From a virus (Duplodnaviria; Caudoviricetes), in IMG/VR virus record IMGVR_UViG_3300028194_000318, positions 1-63,194 of that record: DNA of 63,194 nucleotides. One strand, given 5' to 3'. Below, in pieces: positions 38,077 to 47,368 of the stretch. A program made the translations under genes and the position numbers. Every line of letters begins with the position of its first letter. Within the stretch, counting starts at the first letter, position 1. Below the pieces are notes generated by a model, which saw only the letters and a program-made list of their open reading frames with translations, had not been told where the DNA came from and made no database searches.

Positions 38077-38631
38077 TTAGTTACTTAATTTTTGCATAAT
38101 ATTTCTAATTGTTTTGAGTGTTTCATTTAACTCTTTTAAAGCTTCTGCAACAGGGTTCTCAACCTTGTCATCAGGATTAGGTAAATCAAATATAGTTTGG
38201 ACCTTTACTGGGTCTGATACTTTCATACCACCCAACCTATTAGTTACATCACTTACAACTTTTAATTCACCTACTGGAATTAAATGTCTTTGAAATCCAG
38301 AGTTGCTTGTGATTAATTCATACTCTGCTTTCCAATGTGGATTGTATTTATGTAAGTATAAAGTTCTCTTAGGATCTTCACTTTCATAATCAATACTTAC
38401 AAACTCTGTATATATATCTTTTTCTTTTTCCATTTCACTTGGAAAGAAACTAACATGTAACTCATCCTTACCAGTTGGTCTATATGCCATCTTAGGAATG
38501 TATAGTGCACTTAAGTTACCTTCTTTCTGAAAGTAATCTTCATGCTCTTCTCTTAATTTTTTAACTTTACTTTTGCGTTCTGCAGGTGTTAATCCCATAA
38601 TTTCAATATTTATTTTTTTTGTGTTTATCAT
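38077..38631 (-). CDS. Hypothetical protein
   Basis: 184-aa ORF in the replication operon. Confidence 0.7.
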   Translation of the reverse strand: MINTKKINIEIMGLTPAERKSKVKKLREEHEDYFQKEGNLSALYIPKMAYRPTGKDELHVSFFPSEMEKEKDIYTEFVSIDYESEDPKRTLYLHKYNPHWKAEYELITSNSGFQRHLIPVGELKVVSDVTNRLGGMKVSDPVKVQTIFDLPNPDDKVENPVAEALKELNETLKTIRNIMQKLSN

Positions 38632-39584
38632 CTTCTTGGTTGCTGGCCAGGTGTAGCCATTTCTTCTATCTGCATTTGTTCAAACTTTGCTTTAAAGAAT
38701 GACATACGTGCATCACCATTTCTTGCTTTTAAGAAGTGTAGTACTAATGTTCTATCATTTTCTATTATATATCTATCAGGTCCATAAAACCTAATCTTTT
38801 GTTTAGCTGGCCTGTTGATACCTATTAACATATCTGCATGTTGTAGCATTGCATCTGAGCCAAATATATCTGACTCAAGTATATAGTTACCATATTTACC
38901 ATCTATAGCCCTATCCGGGTTATCTATATTCCTATTAAGTTGTGACAAAGCAATAAACAAACAAGGATAATCTCTCTTACACTGTGTAAAGAACTCACCT
39001 AACTCAAATAACATGTCTAATGTGCTATTTTGATATGGTGCCCTCTTAACTAACATAGTATGGTCAAGAGTTATCATTGTATTTACTCCTTTATGTAAAT
39101 TCATATAGGCATCTATTTGTTCACGCATTTGGTTAACAGTCATAGGTGTACTAATTATATCAACCGGATGCTTTACTCTTTCTTTAGCATATAAATGACA
39201 TGTGTTTAGTGTATCATTACTTAGTATAGATCCTGCACTACACAGTTCTTTATAAGTTTTACCAGTAATAGAACTAAACTCTCTAATAGCTGAGGTTCTA
39301 CCAACCATCTCAAATTGAAATTCTAATACTCTAAATTTATCATTAGGATTAAGAGCAAAAGACTCTCTAATAATTTGATCTTTAATCAATGTTTTACCTG
39401 AACCAGGTCTACCACCAATTACAGTTAGTGTATTCCACTCTATACCATCAGTAGCAGCATCATTAAATTTAGGCCAAGGTGTATATATAGACTTCTCTTC
39501 TCCAGTTGATCTCTTAAACATATATTTAAGAGCTTCATTGAAAGCTGCATATTGCCCAACCCATGCTTCTGATGTTTTCTTCAT
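38628..39584 (-). CDS. dnaB: DnaB-like replicative helicase
   Basis: GGRPGSGKT, FQFEM, LDH, LSQLNR, KARNG. Confidence 0.9.
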   Translation of the reverse strand: MKKTSEAWVGQYAAFNEALKYMFKRSTGEEKSIYTPWPKFNDAATDGIEWNTLTVIGGRPGSGKTLIKDQIIRESFALNPNDKFRVLEFQFEMVGRTSAIREFSSITGKTYKELCSAGSILSNDTLNTCHLYAKERVKHPVDIISTPMTVNQMREQIDAYMNLHKGVNTMITLDHTMLVKRAPYQNSTLDMLFELGEFFTQCKRDYPCLFIALSQLNRNIDNPDRAIDGKYGNYILESDIFGSDAMLQHADMLIGINRPAKQKIRFYGPDRYIIENDRTLVLHFLKARNGDARMSFFKAKFEQMQIEEMATPGQQPRR

Positions 39585-40171
39585 ACTACGTTTTCTTTAA
39601 AGTGATCATCCTCTGTACTGACACCTTCTAGTATCATATCACAGTAGTCTGCTAATGTAGAGTGCTTTACTCTATGCTTATCTTGTTTGCAGATAAAATA
39701 TTGGCTGGTTTGCATATACATATACTGAGCATCTCTATACTCATTAACATACATCTTAGTAGCTTTTATTACATCATCCCAGGTATAGTCATAAGTTTCA
39801 AAGAACCATCTAAATGCTTCTCCTAGTGCTTTAACATTGTTTCTTGCAGGTTTACCACTTGGTAATTTTTTAGCAGGAAATATTTCTCTATAGTTATTTA
39901 TCTTATCTACAAAGTTTTTACCCATCAGTTGTATATCTGTTTTCTTTTTAGCTTTAACAAAATAGTTATCAAGCTTGATACAAATAAGCTTAGCTTCTTG
40001 TGTCATTATATATTGGTCATCTTTTTTTTCTAGATAACCATTTAGTACCAACTCATACTTTTCTTTATTGGTTGTTTGCTTTAATGAAATTCCTTGCTTT
40101 ATCCCAAATAGGATCAACGCTTGGTTTGGGGTTAAGTTGGCTTTCAAAATTTTTTGGAACAGTTCCCACAT
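39581..40171 (-). CDS. Putative replication initiator/helicase loader
   Basis: N-terminal wHTH-like segment and YREIFP. Immediately upstream of dnaB. Confidence 0.5.
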   Translation of the reverse strand: MWELFQKILKANLTPNQALILFGIKQGISLKQTTNKEKYELVLNGYLEKKDDQYIMTQEAKLICIKLDNYFVKAKKKTDIQLMGKNFVDKINNYREIFPAKKLPSGKPARNNVKALGEAFRWFFETYDYTWDDVIKATKMYVNEYRDAQYMYMQTSQYFICKQDKHRVKHSTLADYCDMILEGVSTEDDHFKENVV

Positions 40172-40595
40172 AAGTTTCTATTTCTTTTAAAATGTTATTT
40201 AGTGCAGTTAATATTAATTTATCTTTTGTAAACATAGCATTATCAATTTGTTTACATGAATTAATTACAGTAGCATGATTTTTTAATAAGAATTTAGCTA
40301 TTGAAGATTTAGTATACCCTTCATTGTGTGCTAAGTATGACATCACATGACAATGAATTATGTATGCTTTTTCTCTATTTCTATATCTTAAATGCTCCAT
40401 GTAATTATACTGAGGATAACTTTTTTTTAAAGCTACTAGAGTACATTCTTCTAAGGTTTTCAGATCTATTCTATAATCTGGTTCTCCAGAGGAGTATATA
40501 TAGAGATGAACCCCATATTCCTTAAAAAACTTCTTCTTGAACTTTTGTATCTTTTTATCCTGACTTGCTTGTGTAACTTCCTGATTATCAGTCAT
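40065..40595 (-). CDS. DnaA C-terminal-like HTH protein
   Basis: RNREK...YLA...TKSSIAKFLLKNHATVINSCKQI resembles DnaA domain IV. TATATTTG promoter at 40619-40626. Confidence 0.7.
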   Translation of the reverse strand: MTDNQEVTQASQDKKIQKFKKKFFKEYGVHLYIYSSGEPDYRIDLKTLEECTLVALKKSYPQYNYMEHLRYRNREKAYIIHCHVMSYLAHNEGYTKSSIAKFLLKNHATVINSCKQIDNAMFTKDKLILTALNNILKEIETYVGTVPKNFESQLNPKPSVDPIWDKARNFIKANNQ

Positions 40596-40633
40596 TTATT
40601 ATTAATCTTTAGTGTTTACAAATATAACAAATT

Positions 40634-41317
40634 TTACCAATCTATACAACTTTTACCTTGTTTAGTTAGTTCTTCATTAGTTTTATTAAATACGTCTTTA
40701 CAATCCCATTCACCACCTCTATAAGCAGCTGATGCTGGGTGTGGACATTTAAGGATTATACAGTCTGGCAATAAAGTTTGCCATTCTTCTGCTTTCTTAC
40801 CCATCAGTATAAATATAGTTTTAGACTTATGTCTATTTATATTTTCAAATAAGTATTCAGTAAAGCTTTTCCATCTACCATAGTGTGAGCCTATTTTGTT
40901 TATCTCACAAGTAAATGCTGTATTAATCATAAGTACGCCTTGATTAGACCAGCATCTAAGATCTACATGATCAGTTCCTAATGCTTTATTAATATACTGC
41001 AGGGATTTTTCTGCTTTACCTTTTCTACTACAACTAAATGCTATTCCGTCAGCAACTCCTAATTGAGGATAAGGGTCTTGACCAACTATTACAACTTTAG
41101 TATCCCCATAAGGACATTCATAGAACGCATTAAAAATGTCTTTAAATCTTGGTGTAAATCTTCTACCCTCATTCACATCTTTTACAAGATTGTCAACAAT
41201 TATATCAAAGTTAAGACCGTTTATATATGGTGATAACATATTATGCCAATCACTCTCTATCAGGTTAGCATTCAGTGTTTCCCTGAGTTTTATTATGTTT
41301 ATTTCAATATTTTCCAT
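40634..41317 (-). CDS. ung: Uracil-DNA glycosylase, family 1
   Basis: KVVIVGQDPYP, ADGIAFS, QGVLMINTAFT, HPA. Confidence 0.9.
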   Translation of the reverse strand: MENIEINIIKLRETLNANLIESDWHNMLSPYINGLNFDIIVDNLVKDVNEGRRFTPRFKDIFNAFYECPYGDTKVVIVGQDPYPQLGVADGIAFSCSRKGKAEKSLQYINKALGTDHVDLRCWSNQGVLMINTAFTCEINKIGSHYGRWKSFTEYLFENINRHKSKTIFILMGKKAEEWQTLLPDCIILKCPHPASAAYRGGEWDCKDVFNKTNEELTKQGKSCIDW

Positions 41318-41324
41318 ATCTTTG
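41317..41324 (+). promoter_or_regulatory. Bacteroidetes -7 element
   Basis: TATCTTTG, 20 nt before the ATG at 41344. Confidence 0.65.
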
Positions 41325-41343
41325 TGTTATTAAATAATTTATT

Positions 41344-41805
41344 ATGGCTGAAGAAAAAAATATACAAAGCAGATCTGATGATAAAAGAACTGTCTGGCAA
41401 TATGATCAAACTAAATTGATTGAAAACCTAAAAGTTCATACATCTTATATTGATGCACTGCAGCGTATTACTAGTAAATTTATTTTAAGGTCATCTGAAG
41501 AAGATCAGTTAAGATTACCAGAAACTATAAATGAATTTAACAAACTAGTAGTTCATAATATAGAAAGAGATGGTGATCCAGGCATCAGGTTTGATGAATG
41601 GCAGTCTGATCTCTATGTATTATTTTCTTTGGTTCAGCTAATGAAATATGAAGCTCAACAACAAGGTCTAGCTAAAGAAGTTGAAGTAGAGTATGATGAT
41701 GCTGAAATTCAAAATTTAGCTCAACAAGTTGCTTCAGGTAAAATAGACCCTGATCTACAAAAGAAAGTAGAAGATATAGCTGATCAATTAAAGATAGTAA
41801 GATAA
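41344..41805 (+). CDS. Acidic helical hypothetical protein, lone + strand gene
   Basis: 153 aa with its own promoter. Exactly fills the gap between ung and the NinB-like gene. Confidence 0.8.
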   Translation: MAEEKNIQSRSDDKRTVWQYDQTKLIENLKVHTSYIDALQRITSKFILRSSEEDQLRLPETINEFNKLVVHNIERDGDPGIRFDEWQSDLYVLFSLVQLMKYEAQQQGLAKEVEVEYDDAEIQNLAQQVASGKIDPDLQKKVEDIADQLKIVR

Positions 41806-42189
41806 CTATCTAAGTTGCATACCACTAAAATCTCCTATCTCAATACAAGCTTGTATAGCTAAATTGAGTTCTTCTTTATCACATTTACCAAAAGATTTAC
41901 AGTGCTCTACACCATTTTTAACAAAACATAGGCCAGCTTTACGCTTAACTTGTAGTTTTGCTTCTTCAAATGTATAGCCTATTTCATTTGCTATCTCTCT
42001 TATCATTGCATGTACCCTTGCTAATTGTGGGTTGCTACCTTTACCATCTTGTACACCTATAAATAATTCTATACGTGCACCCTCCGGCATATCTTTAAGA
42101 AACTTATTATACTTAGTTTCAAAGGCTTTTATAGGGAAGTGTAATTTACCTTCCTTTATTGTGGCTTGTACAAATAGCTGATCTTTCAT
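41806..42189 (-). CDS. NinB/Orf-like recombination protein
   Basis: SNPQLARVHAMIREIANEIGYTFEEAK...KSFGKCDKEEL. Confidence 0.65.
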   Translation of the reverse strand: MKDQLFVQATIKEGKLHFPIKAFETKYNKFLKDMPEGARIELFIGVQDGKGSNPQLARVHAMIREIANEIGYTFEEAKLQVKRKAGLCFVKNGVEHCKSFGKCDKEELNLAIQACIEIGDFSGMQLR

Positions 42190-42329
42190 AATATAATCTT
42201 ACAAGCTAAAGTAACTATAAATAATACAAAGCCTGCACATATCAGTGCAAAGCAACCTTTATATATTTTTTCCATTTTTTCAGGACTGCGTCCTTGATTA
42301 CTTCTGTATTGTCTTACTTTTTTATTCAT
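42186..42329 (-). CDS. 47-aa membrane peptide (not in ORF track)
   Basis: MNKKVRQYRSNQGRSPEKMEKIYKGCFALICAGFVLFIVTLACKIIL. Overlaps both neighbours. Confidence 0.6.
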   Translation of the reverse strand: MNKKVRQYRSNQGRSPEKMEKIYKGCFALICAGFVLFIVTLACKIIL

Positions 42330-42600
42330 AACTATTATTTAAATGTTCTTCTATTATATCTTCTTCTACTCTATCTAGGTCTAAATCATACATTTCAGTT
42401 AATAATGGGCTTATATCCACAGTAACTTTATGATCATGTATGTCTGCTAGCACTAGCATAGCTTTGTGTATTGACACAACAGGTCCTGAGCCAGGATGAC
42501 CTGGATCACCATTAGAGTACGTATGTACTTCTGGTTCTCCTGGTTCATAATCATAATGAAACTCTATTGTTATATCATTATGCTTGTAGTCAAAAGTCAT
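42322..42600 (-). CDS. Acidic hypothetical protein
   Basis: YEPGEP...YSNGDPGHPG. Confidence 0.7.
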   Translation of the reverse strand: MTFDYKHNDITIEFHYDYEPGEPEVHTYSNGDPGHPGSGPVVSIHKAMLVLADIHDHKVTVDISPLLTEMYDLDLDRVEEDIIEEHLNNSYE

Positions 42601-42830
42601 TTGTATCTAAGTGCTTCACCAACAAATATAAATTCTTGTCCACAATGTACACACCTTGCTTCTGTTTCATTACGTTCTAATGATGCATTATAACAATTAG
42701 GACACATGTTTGCCTCATCTTTTATGAATTCTTCACATGTTTGTCTAGCCATATCAGCTATCATTGCTTCATGGCTTCCATGGTATTCTTTTTCCATTTG
42801 TTCCATAAATATTTCTTTCATTTTTCCCAT
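42597..42830 (-). CDS. Zn-ribbon protein
   Basis: CPNC...CVHC. Confidence 0.75.
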   Translation of the reverse strand: MGKMKEIFMEQMEKEYHGSHEAMIADMARQTCEEFIKDEANMCPNCYNASLERNETEARCVHCGQEFIFVGEALRYK

Positions 42831-42834
42831 AATT

Positions 42835-43935
42835 TTATCTTTTAAGTGGATTATAACGTTTTATTTTATTTTTATCAAAACTACTAATAGCAGCTTCTAC
42901 CCACTTTACATCTTGGGTTCCTTTATAACATAGTATGTGACATACTGCTGTCTCAGATGGATTAAGTCTAAGTAATCTACCTATTCTTTGAGCAGTTTTC
43001 TTTTCATTACCATATGCATGCATAATAATACCTTGTTTTAAATTAGGTATTGTAACACCCTCTGATAACTGTAACACACAGGATAAATGATTAATCCTAC
43101 CATCAGAGAACAACTCAAGGTTATCCTCTGATTTTGGATTTCCAGAATGATAACTATGCTTACATATTCTGTCTGCTTGTTTTTGAGTATTTGCAAATAC
43201 AATACACTGTGTATTTATATTCTTTAGTATACTCTTTACATAGCTCTCTTTACTTGTATAGTCCATCAAAGCACGCATTCTCATAATTCTTGCAAATTGT
43301 ATTTGCTGTTGTGATTGTGCTTCTGCTAATCTAGACGTGACATAGTTATAATCTTTTTCTTCTGTTGTCCACCAATGGCCACCGGCTTTATTTTTCTTTT
43401 TTAAAGCAGGTACTTTTGATAGCTCTAATTCATGTATTACTATTTGATAATCATTTAATATATTTGAGTCAGTTGCTTCATCAACACTAAATTCATATTT
43501 AATAGGACAGTACTTTTGTACTAACATACCTTTCTCAGTTGTTTTATTCTTTGGTGGTGTACCTGTTAATCCTAAGATTTTACCAACGTAAGGTCCTAAA
43601 AATAACTCATGTGAATATTTAAGTGAGTGACATTCATCTAAGTATACTATATCATAATCATTTGGATTATGTTTCTTTAATGATAGATATGTAGTAAATG
43701 TTATATGTTTTGTTAACTTTTCTAAATTCATCTTACCTAACTCATCAATCCATGACTGGGCTACTGAGTGTTTTGGTATCACTACCAAGGCTTCTATTAA
43801 AGGATTAAAGTTAATCATAAGGTGCTTTATAGCAATTCTTGTTTTACCAACACCCATAGATATACCTAATCCACATCTTTTATTATTTGTAGCAATTGCT
43901 AATGCATCTGCCTGTACAGTTTCTCTATTATTCAT
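42835..43935 (-). CDS. Superfamily 2 DExH helicase
   Basis: MGVGKT, LDECH, GLTGT, QRIGRLLR. Confidence 0.9.
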   Translation of the reverse strand: MNNRETVQADALAIATNNKRCGLGISMGVGKTRIAIKHLMINFNPLIEALVVIPKHSVAQSWIDELGKMNLEKLTKHITFTTYLSLKKHNPNDYDIVYLDECHSLKYSHELFLGPYVGKILGLTGTPPKNKTTEKGMLVQKYCPIKYEFSVDEATDSNILNDYQIVIHELELSKVPALKKKNKAGGHWWTTEEKDYNYVTSRLAEAQSQQQIQFARIMRMRALMDYTSKESYVKSILKNINTQCIVFANTQKQADRICKHSYHSGNPKSEDNLELFSDGRINHLSCVLQLSEGVTIPNLKQGIIMHAYGNEKKTAQRIGRLLRLNPSETAVCHILCYKGTQDVKWVEAAISSFDKNKIKRYNPLKR

Positions 43936-43948
43936 AAATTATTTTTTG

Positions 43949-44022
43949 TGATCTCACTAGGATTTGAACCTAGAACCTACAGCTTAGAAGGCTGTTGCTC
44001 TATCCAGTTGAGCTATGAGACC
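43949..44022 (-). tRNA. tRNA-Arg(TCT)
   Basis: GGTCTCA/TGAGATC acceptor stem, TAGCTCAACTGGATAGAGC D-arm, ACAGC-CTTCTAA-GCTGT anticodon arm, GGTTCAAATCC T-loop. No encoded CCA. Confidence 0.95.
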
Positions 44023-44028
44023 ATATTA

Positions 44029-44298
44029 CTATGATCTTGAGCCTGAGAATCCTAATTCATAAGATTCAGCTGGATGTTCTTCTATCCACATATGACAGTT
44101 TCTACAAACAGATAACCATGTAGTAGTATCTAAATGATACACTCCACGGCCATGTTTGTGATGTACATCTGTGGCATGTAAACTACAGTTATGTATTTTA
44201 GCATGACAGATTGGTTTGTCTGTTAAATACTGCTTACGCAATTTGCTATAAGCAGCATTTAATTTTGACATTTTACTTGAGACTTTTTTGATACTCAT
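44029..44298 (-). CDS. HNH-like small nuclease
   Basis: ICHAKIHNC...ATDVHHKHGRG...VCRNCHMWIEEH. Confidence 0.75.
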   Translation of the reverse strand: MSIKKVSSKMSKLNAAYSKLRKQYLTDKPICHAKIHNCSLHATDVHHKHGRGVYHLDTTTWLSVCRNCHMWIEEHPAESYELGFSGSRS

Positions 44299-44815
44299 TT
44301 GGTTTAATTGTAAAGAAATTATTAGGTAACAAACCTAGAGACATAAATTTTAGAATCACATCTTCATAATTTATACCTAAGTCTTTAAAAGTCATAGTAT
44401 TATGATAGTCATCTAATGTCTCTTCAGCTGGTATACTTGCTATATACTGTGCTAATGGAGAGTGTTTAAACGTTTCCCTAAGATAAGAATTTATTTTCTT
44501 ATTACAAAGTGTTTGTTTCCAAGCATTGATTTCTCTTTGCCCACGCTTCCAAACTTTAGAAATGCGTCTTCTTTTGTCCCAATGTAACTTTTTAACTTCT
44601 TCAGGTTTATATACATTAAGACCATGTAATACACGTTTAAACAAAAAGTGTTGGTATGGATTTAACTTACTATATTCAAAGGAGTTAATTAGTGATGGTG
44701 GGTGTAACTGATATTCTTCCAGTATACCCAAGTATTGATAACGCTCAATGCGTTTGCTTAAGATTAATTGTTGTTCATTTAATTTTAGTTTTGAAATTTG
44801 TTCATGAGATAGCAT
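44273..44815 (-). CDS. Hypothetical protein
   Basis: Start reassigned to MLSHEQ, because the upstream extension overlaps a structured intergenic region. Confidence 0.7.
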   Translation of the reverse strand: MLSHEQISKLKLNEQQLILSKRIERYQYLGILEEYQLHPPSLINSFEYSKLNPYQHFLFKRVLHGLNVYKPEEVKKLHWDKRRRISKVWKRGQREINAWKQTLCNKKINSYLRETFKHSPLAQYIASIPAEETLDDYHNTMTFKDLGINYEDVILKFMSLGLLPNNFFTIKPNEYQKSLK

Positions 44816-44945
44816 AGTGTGTTTATTTAAGAAATTAGTTAATGTTTTAGTAGTATAAAAATGAACAAAGGCTGTGATCACAAATAGATTCACATTTAAT
44901 AACCCTCTGATGGGTTAACCTTTATGCATTCTTTAGAAATCTTTA

Positions 44946-45515
44946 TTAAAGTTCAAAGGTCTCTGCCTCTTCTAGAACTTCTTCTGTTTCTTCTTCTACT
45001 ACTTCATTACTAACTTCTTCTTTCTCATCAACGTTAATTCCAAAAGCTTGAGCTGATGTAGGCTTAGCACTATTAGCATTTAATATACTAGTAGAACCAT
45101 TAGCTTCTCTTATATCAGCACCATTAGTGTGCGTCAATAATACATCTCCAGCATTTACATCTGGTGTAAAGAACGTCTTTCTATAAATTGGTTGACCATC
45201 TACACAGCATATGATACCTGTATCACCTGCATATTTATAGTCTCTGTCAGGATCATTAGAACTAAATGGCTCTAATTGTTCTCTAACTTGGATTTTACCA
45301 GCTAATTTTTGATCAGCTTTCCAATTCATTTCTTGTAAGTCTTCTAACTTACCATGTATTAACGTAGATAGGTTAGAACTTTTAACAAAGCTACTGTTAG
45401 TACCAAAGGTTACTCTTTTCTGTTGTAGCCTTACATAGCCAAATTCTGAATTAGTGTTTGACTGGCGGATAACATTTCCCATGTCATCAGCAATGATGTT
45501 TACTTGATTTTGCAT
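44946..45515 (-). CDS. Beta-rich protein with acidic tail (SSB-like)
   Basis: GKIQVRE...VDGQPIYRKTFF, with tail EEETEEVLEEAETFEL. Confidence 0.5.
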   Translation of the reverse strand: MQNQVNIIADDMGNVIRQSNTNSEFGYVRLQQKRVTFGTNSSFVKSSNLSTLIHGKLEDLQEMNWKADQKLAGKIQVREQLEPFSSNDPDRDYKYAGDTGIICCVDGQPIYRKTFFTPDVNAGDVLLTHTNGADIREANGSTSILNANSAKPTSAQAFGINVDEKEEVSNEVVEEETEEVLEEAETFEL

Positions 45516-45557
45516 TTTTAAATTGTTTATGGATTAATAAAATAATTGATTGATGAT

Positions 45558-45830
45558 TTAGCAATCATCTGAATGAAAATATGGGTCATCTAGTTTTTCA
45601 TAAGCTGTTAGTTCATCTAAAGCTGGTTCATGTTCTTCAATATGCTCTATTGCATCTTCTTGAACTGGTGCTTTAGTGTGTCTAGCAAACCTATTATAAA
45701 ACGGGTCACCCACTTCCTTAGTATATACAGAACTCAAACCATTAAGATCCTGATACTCTTCATCTGTCAATGAAAGGTATTGTTCTAATGAACACTCAAT
45801 AATTCTGCCGTTTGGAAGCTGTAATATCAT
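45558..45830 (-). CDS. Acidic hypothetical protein
   Basis: 90 aa, with a TATCTTTA element at 45847-45854. Confidence 0.7.
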   Translation of the reverse strand: MILQLPNGRIIECSLEQYLSLTDEEYQDLNGLSSVYTKEVGDPFYNRFARHTKAPVQEDAIEHIEEHEPALDELTAYEKLDDPYFHSDDC

Positions 45831-45905
45831 CTTTATTTTATTGAGGTAAAGATAATAATATAACTTGCATTCAGTCAGTCTAATTAAATGTATTTTAATT
45901 AATTC

Positions 45906-45935
45906 TGAAAATAAAAAGCATACATATAGCTAACG
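45906..45935 (-). repeat. Conserved element CGTTAGCTATAT-N-TGC-N2-TTTATTTTCA
   Basis: Near-identical copy at 60138 (+). The 12-bp core also occurs at 47897 (+). Confidence 0.7.
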
Positions 45936-45937
45936 TC

Positions 45938-46195
45938 TTATTTTATTGTTAACTTTCTGCCTACTCTTTTAATATATTTATGTTGTTTTAGCTCTTTTAT
46001 CCATCTATTTACACTAGATTGACCTGAGTCAAGTTCATCAGCTAATCTACTAATAGATGGCCAACATTCTCTCTCTTTATTTGCATAACAACATAAAACG
46101 GCATATAATGCCTTAGCTGATACTGATACAGCTGGATCTGTCATGACTTGGTATTTAACTATACCAAATCTTTTACTATTCTTTATCCATGACAT
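45938..46195 (-). CDS. Winged helix-turn-helix protein (HTH_36-like)
   Basis: AKALYAVL...CWPSISRLADEL...SVNRWIKELKQHKYI. Confidence 0.85.
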   Translation of the reverse strand: MSWIKNSKRFGIVKYQVMTDPAVSVSAKALYAVLCCYANKERECWPSISRLADELDSGQSSVNRWIKELKQHKYIKRVGRKLTIK

Positions 46196-46364
46196 AATCC
46201 TTTAGTATTCTCAACATAGCCATGTTGTTATCTATCTCTTTTACAAGATCTATATCAGTAAGACTATATTTAGTATTCATATATTCACCAAAACCAGTTG
46301 GTTTACCTCCTTTTTTATAAAGGTTATACTCATCCTTTATAATTTCTAAATTAATTTTAGGCAT
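46176..46364 (-). CDS. Hypothetical protein
   Basis: Overlaps both neighbours in the operon. Confidence 0.6.
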   Translation of the reverse strand: MPKINLEIIKDEYNLYKKGGKPTGFGEYMNTKYSLTDIDLVKEIDNNMAMLRILKDYVMDKE

Positions 46365-46878
46365 CTTTCTTGGTTTTAGTGATGTTTTTTAATGATTTAA
46401 AGTATCTAATGTGACCTTTACTAATCTTTTTGATTGCCATAGGATTAATGGTTGTCTCATGAAACTTTAAATTCTTTTCTTTATCATGATATAACAGGTT
46501 TACTTTTAATGAAGAGTAAAAAGGATTAAACTCCTCAGTACTACTCCAAGATGAATCATCTAAAACTTCAGCATAACATATACCAAGCTCTTCTTCACGC
46601 ATAAGACCCATGTCAATCATGACATCTTCTTCATACTCTGAACCCTTGTGGTATTTTGGTACTTCCATTTTAACATAATCACCAACCTTTACAGGCTGAT
46701 ATTCTTCTTCTTTAAGTAATAGAGTTGTAATAATCTCTATCTGTGTATCACTTAATTCTCTTAATAGTATACTAAGAGTGCTTTCATAATTTTGTTTCTG
46801 TTTAAAACTAGACTGTGATAGTATGTTTTTAAATAGATTATGAATTATTTCTTTATTGATTGAATATGTATCTGACAT
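46357..46878 (-). CDS. Hypothetical protein
   Basis: 173 aa with an A-rich leader. Confidence 0.7.
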   Translation of the reverse strand: MSDTYSINKEIIHNLFKNILSQSSFKQKQNYESTLSILLRELSDTQIEIITTLLLKEEEYQPVKVGDYVKMEVPKYHKGSEYEEDVMIDMGLMREEELGICYAEVLDDSSWSSTEEFNPFYSSLKVNLLYHDKEKNLKFHETTINPMAIKKISKGHIRYFKSLKNITKTKKDA

Positions 46879-47031
46879 TTTATTTTTTTTTTAATTATAC
46901 TAACAGGTGAGCAAACAAGTTATTATGAAAACGAACCCACCTGTATAGTATAATATTAACAAGGCCTAACTACACTAGTATTACTAACTATAATAATACT
47001 GGTGTTGTTAGTACCCCACTCATGAGACTTT

Positions 47032-47358
47032 TTATCTTCCTAACTCTATTGAATAGAACGGTAATATAACTAATATCTTATAACCTTTGTGATGTGTATC
47101 TACTATTATACCTATTGCTATACCTGGCACAAATGATCCTGATATAGACGGAAGTATTTTTGTTTTAGACATGAAGGTGTGATAAAACACAGCATTAAGA
47201 TAGCTAATTAATACTAATGAGATTAACATAATCCAAGTGAGATAACTCTGTACATAGACAGAGTCACCACTTAGAAAATAAACAACACTAATTGTTGTGA
47301 TGATTGGTAGTACGAAGACAAATATTGTCTTGATAAAGATTTTGAATGCATTTTTCAT
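47032..47358 (-). CDS. Membrane protein
   Basis: Two TM helices plus a hydrophobic beta-rich tail. Confidence 0.7.
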   Translation of the reverse strand: MKNAFKIFIKTIFVFVLPIITTISVVYFLSGDSVYVQSYLTWIMLISLVLISYLNAVFYHTFMSKTKILPSISGSFVPGIAIGIIVDTHHKGYKILVILPFYSIELGR

Positions 47359-47368
47359 AATAATTTAT

